64,000 bases of DNA from an uncultured delta proteobacterium. GTDB lineage: Bacteria; Desulfobacterota; Binatia; UBA9968. Both the position numbers and the translations under genes were made by a program. Position 1 is the first letter of the stretch; the number at the start of each line of letters is the position of its first letter. Positions 27,958 to 38,519 of the stretch are shown piece after piece. The stretch covers positions 64,001 to 128,000 of the forward strand of contig CAVSLC010000001.1 in assembly GCA_963728565.1 (NCBI GenBank), read 5' to 3'. A model generated the notes under the pieces. The model had not been told where the DNA came from, did no database searches, and saw only the letters and a program-made list of their open reading frames with translations.

Positions 27958-29312
27958 TAATAAAAAACGGTTGGGTGGTAACACCCGAAGAAACGTTCCA
28001 AGGGGGAGTTGCCATCAGCAACGAGAAAATCGTCGCGATCGGCGCTAACGATGTATTACCTCAGGGGAAAGAAGAAATCGATGCCAAGGGAAAACATATC
28101 CTCCCGGGGATTATCGATGGACACGTCCACTTCAGGGAACCAGGGATGACCCACAAGGAGGATTTCACCACCGGGTCGACCGCCGCCGTTTGTGGCGGAA
28201 TCACCTCGGTCGTTGACATGCCGAATACCGTTCCCCCTACCGCCCAAGCCGAGCAGGTAAAAATAAAGCAGCAGCTGGGCGAGGCCAAGTCACTCGTCGA
28301 CTTCGGCGTCACCGGTGTCGTTGTGCAAACCAACACAAAAGACATTTTGCCGATGGCCGACGCCGGCGCCATTGGCTTCAAGATTTTCTTCGGTGAGACT
28401 ATTGGTAATCTCCCTTTCCCGGACGATGGCATGTGCATGGAGGCATTCGACTACATCGCGCAATCGAAGTTGCCGTTGGGAATTCACGCAGAAAATCGGC
28501 AGATCATGGCGTACTGCACCAACAAGCTAAAAAGCGAGGGAAAGAACGAGGCCCGTTACTGGGAGGCATCGCGCCCGGATATCTGCGAGGCAGAATCCGT
28601 CCATCACGCGATTTTCTTCGCAGAGATGTTCGGCACCAAGCTACATGTCTTCCATATGAGCTCCAAACAGGCAGCCTATATGGTGCGCGATGCCAAGGCC
28701 CGGGGCATGAGGATCACCGCCGAAACCGGCCCGCATTACCTCCTGCGCGAGCCCAACGACATGGATCAAGTCGGCTCATTGCTGAAGATGAACCCCCCGG
28801 TGCGAACCAAGGATCACGGCGAAGTTCTGTGGCAGGGCCTTCGTGAAGGATTTGTTGACACTCTGGCCACCGATCATTCACCGCATACTCTCGATGAAAA
28901 AGGTTCGGATATTTACGGAAAGCTTACCAAACCGGCAATCTGGGACTGCATCTCCGGTTTCTGCGGTGTTGAAACCGGCGTCCCCCTGATCTTGACTGAA
29001 GTAAACAAAGGCCGCTTGACGCTGAATCAGTATGTCAAGGTAGCCTGTGAAAATCCGGCTAGGGTTTGGCAGGTCTACCCAAAAAAGGGCGCCATCAGGC
29101 TTGGCTCCGACGGCGATATCACCATCGTCGATATGGATAAGGAGGGCACCATCGACGTCAATAAGCTGCACAGCAAGAACAAGCCGTCCCCATGGCATGG
29201 TTGGAAAGTCAAAGGACTGCCGGTATGCACGGTCGTGCGAGGTCATGTGCAAATGCGCGACGGCGAGCCTTGTGGTAAGCCGATCGGGCGCATGCTCAGG
29301 CCTTTGATCTAG
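27942..29312 (+). CDS. Cyclic amidohydrolase (dihydroorotase/allantoinase family)
   Basis: IDGHVHFREPG, GFKIF (carboxy-Lys position), IHAE, HVFH, KMNPP, TDHSPH. Confidence 0.92.
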   Translation: MAADLVIKNGWVVTPEETFQGGVAISNEKIVAIGANDVLPQGKEEIDAKGKHILPGIIDGHVHFREPGMTHKEDFTTGSTAAVCGGITSVVDMPNTVPPTAQAEQVKIKQQLGEAKSLVDFGVTGVVVQTNTKDILPMADAGAIGFKIFFGETIGNLPFPDDGMCMEAFDYIAQSKLPLGIHAENRQIMAYCTNKLKSEGKNEARYWEASRPDICEAESVHHAIFFAEMFGTKLHVFHMSSKQAAYMVRDAKARGMRITAETGPHYLLREPNDMDQVGSLLKMNPPVRTKDHGEVLWQGLREGFVDTLATDHSPHTLDEKGSDIYGKLTKPAIWDCISGFCGVETGVPLILTEVNKGRLTLNQYVKVACENPARVWQVYPKKGAIRLGSDGDITIVDMDKEGTIDVNKLHSKNKPSPWHGWKVKGLPVCTVVRGHVQMRDGEPCGKPIGRMLRPLI

Positions 29313-29448
29313 TTCTCCGCAGTCAAATACAGCGAACGTCCGGCGGCATACGCTGAATTGGTTCTAGTAGTGAGTGACGTTTTCTTTCGCTTCCTAACTA
29401 AATTTGGGTTTGCCGCTGGCCGTCTTCGCTTTCGCAAGGAAGTAGCCG

Positions 29449-30360
29449 ATGAAACGCACCGAAGCCTTCGAAATGTACCAGCCGACTTCGCTTAGTGAGG
29501 CCAGTCTGCTCCTGAAAGAGAAAGGCCCTGGCGGCCGTTTTCTTGCGGGAGGTACCGACCTGGTGATCGCGATGAAGGAGAAAGGTTTGGTTCCGAAGTA
29601 TGTTGTCGATCTCAAGCGGCTTCCGGGCTTATCCGGCATCCGTCAAAATAGCGACGGCAGCATTGTTATCGGCGCGTTGACGACCATGCGCGAAATCGAG
29701 ATATCTCCGCTGCTCACGAAGAAGTATCCCTTTCTTTGCCAAAGCGCGGCGGAAGTGGGTTCAATTCAGATCCGCAACCGGGCAACCATCGGCGGCAACA
29801 TGTCCAATGCCACACCTTCAGCCGATGTCGCGCCAAGCCTGATCGCGCTTCAAGCCACAGCAAAAATCGCCAGTGCCCGCAGCGAACGCAGCGTAGCGAT
29901 CGAAGAATTCTTCCGCGGTCCCGGGCTGAATATCATGGATCCGGATGAGATTCTTACGGAAATCACGATACCGAAAACTAGCCCACGGCTTGTCGGCGAG
30001 TACATCAAGTTCTCGCCCCGCGAGATGATGGATCTGGCATACGTCGGCGTAGCGGCAGCGTACACGGTCGGCGAAAAGGAAGATAGATGCGAGGGCGTGC
30101 GGATTGTTCTGGGCGCGGTCGCTCCGACCCCGATTCGCGCGAAAAAGGCGGAAGCCGCACTGGAGGGCCAAATCCTCTCCGAAGAGTTGGCCGGGAAGGT
30201 TGGAGCCATCGCCGCGGAAGAGGCAAGACCGATCAGCGATGTTCGCTCATCAGCGGATTATCGGCGCGCCATGGTCGGAGCTATGACCAAGCGGGCGCTG
30301 CTCAATGCCATGGTCGGTCCGGCAAAGTCCTGGGTCGAGCGGCGCGATCGTAGATACTAG
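29449..30360 (+). CDS. Mo-hydroxylase FAD-binding (medium) subunit, CoxM/XdhB-like
   Basis: LAGGTDL, QIRNRATIGGN, PISDVRSSADYR. Confidence 0.95.
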   Translation: MKRTEAFEMYQPTSLSEASLLLKEKGPGGRFLAGGTDLVIAMKEKGLVPKYVVDLKRLPGLSGIRQNSDGSIVIGALTTMREIEISPLLTKKYPFLCQSAAEVGSIQIRNRATIGGNMSNATPSADVAPSLIALQATAKIASARSERSVAIEEFFRGPGLNIMDPDEILTEITIPKTSPRLVGEYIKFSPREMMDLAYVGVAAAYTVGEKEDRCEGVRIVLGAVAPTPIRAKKAEAALEGQILSEELAGKVGAIAAEEARPISDVRSSADYRRAMVGAMTKRALLNAMVGPAKSWVERRDRRY

Positions 30361-30435
30361 AACCAGTGCTGGAGAACCGCGGTTAGTTCCCCTCGATCAA
30401 CTCCATCGGTTCGATTACGTTTAAGTGAGGCAGTC

Positions 30436-30915
30436 ATGAATAAGAAAATTCAAATGACGTTGAACGGGAAAAGCATCACAAGGGAGGTTGCCAGCCATCG
30501 GCTATTGCTCGACTTGCTCCGTGATGAAATCGGCCTTACCGGAACTAAGGAAGGCTGTGGCACCGGAGACTGCGGCGCTTGCACGGTTCTGATGAACGGC
30601 AAACCTGTCAATTCGTGCCTGATTCTTTCCGGCGAACTCGACGATGCCACCATCGTCACGATTGAAGGCCTCAAAATCGGTTCCGAGCTTCACGCCATTC
30701 AAAAAGCGTTCATTGAAGATGGCGGGGCGCAATGCGGCTATTGCACGCCAGGAATGTTGATGATGTCGAAAGCCTTGCTCGACGAGAATCCCTCACCCAG
30801 CGAGGAAGACATCCGCTTCGCTCTCTCCGGCAACCTCTGCCGTTGCACCGGATACGCCAAGATCGTTCAAGCCGTCCAAGACGCGGCAGCGATGATGCGC
30901 GATAAGAGCGAGTGA
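30436..30915 (+). CDS. Mo-hydroxylase [2Fe-2S] (small) subunit, CoxS-like
   Basis: GCGTGDCGACTV, QCGYCTPG, GNLCRCTGY. Confidence 0.96.
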   Translation: MNKKIQMTLNGKSITREVASHRLLLDLLRDEIGLTGTKEGCGTGDCGACTVLMNGKPVNSCLILSGELDDATIVTIEGLKIGSELHAIQKAFIEDGGAQCGYCTPGMLMMSKALLDENPSPSEEDIRFALSGNLCRCTGYAKIVQAVQDAAAMMRDKSE

Positions 30916-30989
30916 CCGGTTCTTCAGATGACGGCGGATCTATCGACTATTAAAAGATTGAACGTTTCACACATTTTTAGGAGTTAGCC

Positions 30990-33305
30990 ATGGCCGAGCT
31001 TACAGTCGTCGGGAAGCCAGTCACCCGTGTCGACGCAAACGAGAAAGTTACCGGGGAAGCAGTTTACGGATACGACCTGATCCTACCGAACATGCTCTAC
31101 GGCAAGACTCTATTCAGTCCCAAGGCACACGCCAGGATCAAGAAAATCAATACCGAAAAGGCTAAAAGCTATCCTGGTGTTGTCGCGGTCGTAACCGGCG
31201 CGGATGCGCCGTGGACGCATGGAGAAAGCATCAAAGATAAACCCTTCTTAGCTCACGACAAAGTTCGTTATATCGGTGAACCCGTTGCCGCTGTCGCTGC
31301 AGAAGACGAGGATACTGCGCAGGCCGCAGTAAAGCTGATCGAAGTGGAATACGAAGATTTACCGGTTTACGTGGATCCGGAGCAGGCGAGCAAAGCCGAC
31401 GCCACTGCCATTCACGAGGATTTTCCCAATTACCGTAAAGCTGAGTTCATCGTTCCCGGCGCGCATGCCAACGTCGCTGAACACTTCAAGCTTCGCACCG
31501 GCGATGTCGAGCAAGGCTTCAAAGAATCAGATCTTGTGTTGGACGAAAGATATTTTGTGCCGATGATCCAGCATGCCGCCATGGAACCGCATTCGGCTCA
31601 CGCCCAGTTCGATAAAGATAGCGGTCGTCTGACCATCTGGGTCGCCAACGACGCGCCGTTCCGCGCACTTAATGAACTTACCGAAGCGCTGGAGATGCCC
31701 AAAGAAAAAATTCGCCTCATCAACCCGCTTCAGGGCGGCGGGTTCGGTTCCAAAGGGGGCTTGAAGGTGGAGCCGATCGCCGTAGCGCTGGCGTTCCACA
31801 CCAACGGAAGACCGGTGCGCGTGAAGTTTAACCGCGAAGAAACCTTTATCTCGACATTGACCCGGCACGAGGCCGTCGTTTACTGCAAGACCGGCGTCAA
31901 AAAAGACGGCACGCTGATGGCGCGCGAAATGACGATCTACTGGGGCGCAGGTGCCTACGCTGAAAAGAGCCCGACGGTGTGCATCCGCGGCAGTTTACCC
32001 GCGCCGGGTCCCTACCGGATCCCGCACGTGAAAGTCGATGGCTATGCTGTTTACACAAACAAACCGGTGGCGGGCTCGTATCGCGGCTACGGCATTCCCC
32101 AAGGGGCCTGGGCCGGAGAGCAACAGATGGACGAAATCGCCAAGCGCCTCGGCATGGATCCGGTTGAAATCCGCATGAAGAATATTTTTGTCGAAGGCGA
32201 CATCTCATACTGGGGCGAGCAGCTTCATGCAGTAGGCTTGAAAGAAACGTTGACCAAAGCGATTGAAGCTATCGATTGGGGTAAGAAGCCGCAGCAAACC
32301 AAACCAGGTGTCAAAATCGGCAAGGGTTTCGCCTGCATTCAGAAGCCGACGCGCAGTCCCACCACGTCGGCGTCAGGTGTCGTCGTCGATACCAAAGGCG
32401 ACGTCACCGTGCTTGCGGGCACTGTGGAAATAGGCCAGGGGTGCAATACCATACTATCGCAAGTAGCGGCGGAAGAGCTTAAGGTGCCAATGGCAAAAGT
32501 TCACATGCACCCTCTCGACACCGACGTGATTCCATATGATGCGTCAACGACTTCGAGCCGGAGCACCTATCATATGGGCAATGCGGTGCGCCGCGCGGCG
32601 ATTCACGCCCGCGAACAGATCATGGAAGCCGCCGCTCCCATTTTTGAAGCGCGAAGCGAAGATTTAGATTGCGCCGACGGTAAAGTATTTCTCAAAGATC
32701 AGCCGCAGATGGCGCTGAGTCTCGGCGAGGTGGTACGCCGTAAGTTAGGTCCGGAGGGAATCGTTCGCGGCGACGGCGCATACACCTATGAGATCGGCAA
32801 GGATCTCGACCTGGAAACGGGTCACAGTGACCACGCATCAGCCTTCTACATGTACGCCACGCAAGCCGCCGAAGTAGCGGTAGACGAGGACAGCGGTCGT
32901 GTGAGAATCCTGCGCATGTCCGCCGCGCATGACGTTGGCAGAGCCATCAATCCGCTGAACTGCGTCGCTCAGATCGAAGGCGGCGTGGTCATGGGCATCG
33001 GCTCCGCGCTGCACGAGGAGATGGTAATTGATCAGACCGGCAAGGTCCGCAACCCTTCCTTTCTCGACTATCATCTCGTCACTTCTCTCGATACTCCCGA
33101 GCTCATTCCGATCATCGTTGAATGCAACGAACCTGAAGGGCCTTACGGCGCCAAGGGGCTTGGCGAACCGGGGCTCGCCCCCACCCCCGCCGCCATCGGC
33201 AACGCCGTCGCCGATGCCTTGGGAGTCAGAATTTACGATCTGCCGCTCAAGCCGGAAAATGTCTTTTGGGCTATTCAGAACAAGAACAAAAAAACCGCCG
33301 CCTGA
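30990..33305 (+). CDS. Mo-hydroxylase molybdopterin-binding large subunit (xanthine dehydrogenase family)
   Basis: QHAAMEPH, GGGFGSK, SYRGYG, EIGQG, AKGLGE; lacks the CODH AYxCSFR/AYxGAGR loops. Confidence 0.95.
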   Translation: MAELTVVGKPVTRVDANEKVTGEAVYGYDLILPNMLYGKTLFSPKAHARIKKINTEKAKSYPGVVAVVTGADAPWTHGESIKDKPFLAHDKVRYIGEPVAAVAAEDEDTAQAAVKLIEVEYEDLPVYVDPEQASKADATAIHEDFPNYRKAEFIVPGAHANVAEHFKLRTGDVEQGFKESDLVLDERYFVPMIQHAAMEPHSAHAQFDKDSGRLTIWVANDAPFRALNELTEALEMPKEKIRLINPLQGGGFGSKGGLKVEPIAVALAFHTNGRPVRVKFNREETFISTLTRHEAVVYCKTGVKKDGTLMAREMTIYWGAGAYAEKSPTVCIRGSLPAPGPYRIPHVKVDGYAVYTNKPVAGSYRGYGIPQGAWAGEQQMDEIAKRLGMDPVEIRMKNIFVEGDISYWGEQLHAVGLKETLTKAIEAIDWGKKPQQTKPGVKIGKGFACIQKPTRSPTTSASGVVVDTKGDVTVLAGTVEIGQGCNTILSQVAAEELKVPMAKVHMHPLDTDVIPYDASTTSSRSTYHMGNAVRRAAIHAREQIMEAAAPIFEARSEDLDCADGKVFLKDQPQMALSLGEVVRRKLGPEGIVRGDGAYTYEIGKDLDLETGHSDHASAFYMYATQAAEVAVDEDSGRVRILRMSAAHDVGRAINPLNCVAQIEGGVVMGIGSALHEEMVIDQTGKVRNPSFLDYHLVTSLDTPELIPIIVECNEPEGPYGAKGLGEPGLAPTPAAIGNAVADALGVRIYDLPLKPENVFWAIQNKNKKTAA

Positions 33306-33382
33306 CATATTCGATCGTAATCCATTTCCTTTTCGTCTAAAATACGCCAAATTCCAGCCGCGCAAGGGCTAAGGTTTCGCCC

Positions 33383-34597
33383 TTGCTTCGACATGGGGGT
33401 CACGTGGTCGGTAGCAAAAGGAAAAGTTCATACATTTCTCTCATCCTGACATTAGCGCTCTCTGCCTCTCGGTTTTCCACTGCGATCGCGGCCGAATCAC
33501 CGGCAATTGGTACCCCGCGCGGGATTCAAACCGTGCCGGGAATGCCTCCGGTCATCGATCCGAACAATATCTATAGCGAGACGCGGCCTGACAAGCTGAG
33601 CGCAACGGTGGCCAAACACCTCTCGCGCGTTTATGTGCCGAACCGTAGTTCTAACGATGTCTGGGTGATCGATCCCACGACCGATAAAGTCGTCAACAAA
33701 TTCCGTGTCGGCGTTCATCCGCAGCACGTTGTTCCTTCCTGGGATTTGAAAACTCTCTGGGTCAATAATAACGCTGAAGGACGAGATGACGGCAGCGTGA
33801 CACCCATCGATCCTGTAACCGGCAAACCGGGGAAGAATATTCCGGTCGATGACCCCTACAATATGTACTTCACACCCGACGGCAGCGCCGCGATTATTGT
33901 CGCCGAAGCGCGCAAGCGGCTTGATTTCCGCGACCCGCAAACTATGGCAATGAAGTATTCCATAGAGACGCCTCATTGCGCCGGCATCAACCATGCCGAT
34001 TTTTCCATGGATGGTCGCTACGCGTTTTTCACGTGTGAATACGCCGGTAGTCTGGTCAAGATTGATCTCATCGACAAGAAGGTGGTCGGCTATCTAAAAT
34101 TTTCCAAGGGCGGTATGCCGCAGGATATCCGCATTTCTCCGGACGGCAAAATATTTTACATTGCCGACATGAAGGCAGCGGGCGTATTCCTGGTTGAAGG
34201 TGAGAGTTTTAGAGAGATCGGTCATATCAAAACCGGCCTGGGCACCCATGGTCTCTATCCCAGTCGTGATGGAACGCAACTCTACGTCGCTAATCGGGGT
34301 GTTGCCCGGGTCTACGGCCCTCCCAAAGGAAAAGGCAGCGTGAGCGTGATCGATTTTGCAACGCGTAAAGTGACCGCTGACTGGCCGATTCCGGGTGGCG
34401 GGAGTCCGGACATGGGTAATCTCAGCATCGACGGGAATACATTGTGGCTTTCGGGCCGCTATGATAATGCCGTGTACAAAATCGATACGATGACAGGTCA
34501 ATCAAAGATTATCCCGGTCAAAACCGAACCTCACGGTTTGACCGTCTGGCCGCAGCCGGGCCGTTATTCTCTTGGCCATACGGGAAATCTGCGCTAA
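33383..34597 (+). CDS. YncE/YVTN family beta-propeller protein, secreted
   Basis: Signal peptide; repeated YVxNR/VxVID blades; real start may be GTG 33404. Confidence 0.88.
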   Translation: MLRHGGHVVGSKRKSSYISLILTLALSASRFSTAIAAESPAIGTPRGIQTVPGMPPVIDPNNIYSETRPDKLSATVAKHLSRVYVPNRSSNDVWVIDPTTDKVVNKFRVGVHPQHVVPSWDLKTLWVNNNAEGRDDGSVTPIDPVTGKPGKNIPVDDPYNMYFTPDGSAAIIVAEARKRLDFRDPQTMAMKYSIETPHCAGINHADFSMDGRYAFFTCEYAGSLVKIDLIDKKVVGYLKFSKGGMPQDIRISPDGKIFYIADMKAAGVFLVEGESFREIGHIKTGLGTHGLYPSRDGTQLYVANRGVARVYGPPKGKGSVSVIDFATRKVTADWPIPGGGSPDMGNLSIDGNTLWLSGRYDNAVYKIDTMTGQSKIIPVKTEPHGLTVWPQPGRYSLGHTGNLR

Positions 34598-34642
34598 ACG
34601 TATCGCCGCCGCTCTCACAACCTTTTGCTCAATGGGGGTTTT

Positions 34643-35677
34643 ATGGCAAAGATTGCCGGTCTTTTTCTAATGCTTCTTCTTGTCGGCGCCGCGAACACCA
34701 ACACTCAAGCTGCCAGCGCAGAGCAAAGTTTCTACAAAGGCAAAACAATACGGATCATCGTCGGCTTTGCCGCCGGCGGCGGATTCGACGCCTACGCGCG
34801 CGCGATCGCGCGCAATCTCAGTCGACACATTCCCGGTAATCCGGCAGTCATCGTCGACAACATGACCGGCGCCGGTAGCCGAATCGCCGCCAATTATCTC
34901 TATAAAACACCGCCCGATGGCCTGATCATCGGCAACTTCATCGGCTCACTGGTCTTGCAGCAGATTATGGGCGACAAAAGCGTCGAGTTCGACGCGCGAA
35001 AATTCGAGTGGCTCGGCGCTCCAGTGCAGGACGAAACCGTTTGCGCAATCACCAAAGCCAGCGGCATCAATTCCCTGGATGATTGGTTTGCGGCCAAAAA
35101 GCCGGTGAAGCTCGGGGGCGAGGCTCCGGGCGCCAACGACTCCGATGCCCCTAGAATTTTGAAAGCGGCGCTGGGTCTGCCGATCCAGCTGATCGAAGGA
35201 TTCAAGGGAACTTCCGACATACGCATCGCTGCTGAAGCCGGTGAAGTCGACGGCGGTTGCTGGACGTGGGCATCGATCCGAACGACCTGGAGCAAGGGAC
35301 TGGAGTCCGGTCTGGTAAAGCCAATTATCCAGATCAACCCGAAGAAGGCGGCGGACATTCCCAACGTTCCCAACGCCATCGATTATGCGAAAACAGCCGA
35401 GGCCCGCGTGCTGATCGAATCAGGCACGCACGCTCCATCCGCCATTCTACGTGCCTATGCGGTTGCGCCCGGAACACCGAAGGAGCGGATCAACACTCTG
35501 CGCACCGCTTTCAACGCGACCATGAAAGATCCGGAATTTGTCGCCGAGATGGATAAGTCGAAGCTGGAAATAAATCCGTTGTCGGGCTCCGAAATGGAGA
35601 GCATAGTCAAAAAGCTGTTTGGGATGGATGCCGCCAACGTCGCAAAAATCAGAGAGGTCCTAGTTCCTAAAAATTAG
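34643..35677 (+). CDS. Bug/TctC family tripartite tricarboxylate transporter substrate-binding protein
   Basis: FYKGKTIRIIVGFAAGGGFDAYAR, NMTGAG, APGTP, MKDPEF. Confidence 0.92.
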   Translation: MAKIAGLFLMLLLVGAANTNTQAASAEQSFYKGKTIRIIVGFAAGGGFDAYARAIARNLSRHIPGNPAVIVDNMTGAGSRIAANYLYKTPPDGLIIGNFIGSLVLQQIMGDKSVEFDARKFEWLGAPVQDETVCAITKASGINSLDDWFAAKKPVKLGGEAPGANDSDAPRILKAALGLPIQLIEGFKGTSDIRIAAEAGEVDGGCWTWASIRTTWSKGLESGLVKPIIQINPKKAADIPNVPNAIDYAKTAEARVLIESGTHAPSAILRAYAVAPGTPKERINTLRTAFNATMKDPEFVAEMDKSKLEINPLSGSEMESIVKKLFGMDAANVAKIREVLVPKN

Positions 35678-35823
35678 CGCCGTGATTGTACGCGTTAAGT
35701 ACTCCGTCCTTGATGGACAGTCCGTTTGAACTCAGCGGTTGCTGTGCGACTTTCGCCACAGCTTGACCGCTCCAACACGGCGATGCCGCAGGAATTAGCG
35801 GATTAGCGGTGGGCTCAACTGAG

Positions 35824-37287
35824 CTAGTCCCCGAACACTCGGGCGTACATTTCCGCCAGCGCCGGCTCCATGGATTTAGCTGCGGCGAGCTCGCGCTGAA
35901 TCGAGGGGTCGATTCGCTCGCGGGCCTTGGACGCTAGAGCGAGAGCTTCTTGTTCGTTCATACACGTTAGTCGACCGGATTCGACAACTATCTCGCCATT
36001 AACAATCACCGTATCTACCGAACTGCCGTTTTCACAAAAAACTAGCTGACCCGCAAGATCGTTAAGCGGGGTGAACGCCGGCGTATCGCGACGCAGCAAG
36101 GTAACATCGGCGAGTTTGCCTGTTGCGAGCACGCCGGCATCGAGGCCGAAAGCGCGCGCGCCATTAACGGTGGCCATCGTCAGCGCTTGCCACGGCGAGA
36201 TCCATTGAGCGAAGTCAGTTCCTGGCTGGTTGTGAATCAACGCCGATAAACGAATCGCATCGAACATGTTCTGGCTGTCATTGGAGGCCGCGCCGTCGGT
36301 ACCGAGTGCAACGCGGGCGCCCGCGGCCAGATATCTCTTGACCGGCGCCAAGCCGCTGCCGAGACGTAGGTTACTTGCCGGATTGTGCACCGCCGTTACA
36401 CCGCGGCCGGCGAACAATTCGACATCGCCTTCGTCGATCCAAATCGAATGGGCCAATGAAAGATTCGAATCCAACACGTTTAGCGATTCTAAATGTTGCA
36501 ACAGAGACGTGCCGTAGAGTTGTCGTCCCATGAGTTGCTGCGCCTTGGTTTCGGCTAGATGAATATGCATCGGCAGGCTTTTCCTTCGCGCCATCTGCGC
36601 CGATTTGACCAATAGCTCATCGGTGCAACGCTGGACAGCCGAGGGGCCGGGACATGCGGTGGTCAGTTTATCCGGAGCATGAAATGTCTCGATGAAGGCT
36701 TCGCAGTCGTCGAGCCACGCTTGGGTTGCCTTGGCTTCGCTTTGACTCATCCGCTTGATCTCGTCACCCACAGACGCGGCCGCGCTGCCGAGCGGAATGG
36801 TTTCTTCATAATTCCGGTCAGAGAGAGTCAATGCTACAACGTGGCGCAATCCCAAATCGCGCATTGCCTGAATCGCCGCGCCGGCGCCCATGAAGCGGCA
36901 GGCTTGATTGCCAAAGAAATGATCCAGGACAGTAGTGGTTCCGGTCTTAAGCATCTCCATCCCGCCGAGAAGCGCGCTCGCATAAAAATCTTCCTCGCGC
37001 ATATCTCTGAGCGATGCCCGGTAGTAAGCGCGCCAAATTTCTAGCGGCTTGCTCGGCATCATGCCTCGGACCAGATTGGCCGGCGAATGGCAGTGAGAAT
37101 TGATCAGGCCGGGCATCGCGATCAAGCGGCCGCCTTCGATTGATCGCTCAAACGGGCCAGACGGCGCCGATTGAGCGGGACCGACGTAGGAAAGTCGGTT
37201 GCCATCGATGACAATCGAACCAGGCGCGATAATTTCGAATTCTTCATTCATGGTAAGAATGCAAACACCGCGGATCAGTAACTTCAT
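35824..37287 (-). CDS. Amidohydrolase family deaminase (AtzA/MtaD-like)
   Basis: PGLINSHCH, HIHLAET, AHSIW, HNPASNLRLGSG, LGTDG. Confidence 0.93.
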   Translation of the reverse strand: MKLLIRGVCILTMNEEFEIIAPGSIVIDGNRLSYVGPAQSAPSGPFERSIEGGRLIAMPGLINSHCHSPANLVRGMMPSKPLEIWRAYYRASLRDMREEDFYASALLGGMEMLKTGTTTVLDHFFGNQACRFMGAGAAIQAMRDLGLRHVVALTLSDRNYEETIPLGSAAASVGDEIKRMSQSEAKATQAWLDDCEAFIETFHAPDKLTTACPGPSAVQRCTDELLVKSAQMARRKSLPMHIHLAETKAQQLMGRQLYGTSLLQHLESLNVLDSNLSLAHSIWIDEGDVELFAGRGVTAVHNPASNLRLGSGLAPVKRYLAAGARVALGTDGAASNDSQNMFDAIRLSALIHNQPGTDFAQWISPWQALTMATVNGARAFGLDAGVLATGKLADVTLLRRDTPAFTPLNDLAGQLVFCENGSSVDTVIVNGEIVVESGRLTCMNEQEALALASKARERIDPSIQRELAAAKSMEPALAEMYARVFGD

Positions 37288-37718
37288 TTTTGTCCTCGCA
37301 GATCTCTGACTCTCAGAGATCCTTTCTTAGCAGAGCAGTGATCACCCGGTGGAACGATGGCGTTTTTACTGCGCCTCTTCGTCTGCGCGGCGACCCGCCA
37401 TCATTGGCCATGTTGAGAGTTGCGGCAAATCCGCGTTCAAGCATCTGGGGGCTCGAGACCCCGGTCTCTTCAAACTCATGGCAATCGATTCGCAATCGTG
37501 GTGCTCGAGCAAGGCACCTCTGCTTCATTAGGTCTTGGCGCTGGTGTAGATCGATATGCGTGATTGCGGTAAGAGCCAACCCCGAGGCTCGATAGCGCCG
37601 GCACAATCATCGCAGCGAATACTAGATCTCCCCGAGTCGAGCCAGTAGACGGACGAAGACCTTAGATCCCGGAGTTCGCGATCTAAACTAGTTGGGCTCG
37701 CGCGGCGCCGCTGCGAAG

Positions 37719-38270
37719 CTAAATCTTTCCCTGCGACCTGAGATGATCGATGCGCTCTCTGATGATCTCACCCAAATCAGTTGTGGGCAGGCCGTCAGCA
37801 ATTTGTAATGAATCGGCGCCTAATTGAGCGAGCTTTTCGTTCAGGCTCTGCAGTCCCGAGCGGATCCGATCATAGTCCTGCAGATATTGACGGCAAGCGA
37901 GGATATTATCATCGATTTCATCCAGGCATTTTGCCAGCCTTTGACTTTCCTCGCCAAAGGATTGGCGTAGGTGCTCGACGTTGGCCTGAATGATCTGCTC
38001 TTCCACTGGCCGTATCTGCTTGGTGATCTCGCTTTTCATGTCTTGCAGCGCTTGCAGTAGACGCTCGTACGATTGTTCCTCTCGCATTAGATCCTCCGGC
38101 ATTAGAATTCTTGGCTGCTTCATGGCGATGTAATGATGCGCCATGCACTCCGATACTCTTTTCTGGATCAAGGTGAGCGCCGCTCGTGTCTCCCCGATCT
38201 TCTTTTCCAGCCGCGCTTCATCGGCCAGCAACTTGGCCAGAAGCTCCACGGGCCTCGTTGATATCGTCAT
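37719..38270 (-). CDS. Hypothetical coiled-coil protein
   Basis: Heptad-rich E/Q/L/R sequence; likely start ATG 38270. Confidence 0.75.
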   Translation of the reverse strand: MTISTRPVELLAKLLADEARLEKKIGETRAALTLIQKRVSECMAHHYIAMKQPRILMPEDLMREEQSYERLLQALQDMKSEITKQIRPVEEQIIQANVEHLRQSFGEESQRLAKCLDEIDDNILACRQYLQDYDRIRSGLQSLNEKLAQLGADSLQIADGLPTTDLGEIIRERIDHLRSQGKI

Positions 38271-38519
38271 GGATTGGTTGTTTCGAAGATGCAGAGATGG
38301 ATGAAAGCGGCTGTCCGCTCCCGCACTCAATTACGGAATTCTTTTATCCACTCCGCTGAAAAACTTCAAGGAGGAGAAAACTGCCTCGGGAGAGAAACAG
38401 ATCGGCTTCGCCGGCCCGTGATGCCACCGAAGTCGATCTATTTATGATCGTTGCAAGATCCGAAGGTTAGTTGACGGTAGAATGGGAAAGGTTAAACGGT
38501 CGAGAAGAAAACTCGACGG

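Noticed and set aside
29449-33305. Aerobic CO dehydrogenase (coxMSL)
   Set aside because: Gene order fits, but the loop is SYRGYG, not AYxCSFR (form I) or AYxGAGR (form II).
37313-37606. 97-aa ORF
   Set aside because: No RBS or recognisable motif and atypical composition; left unannotated.
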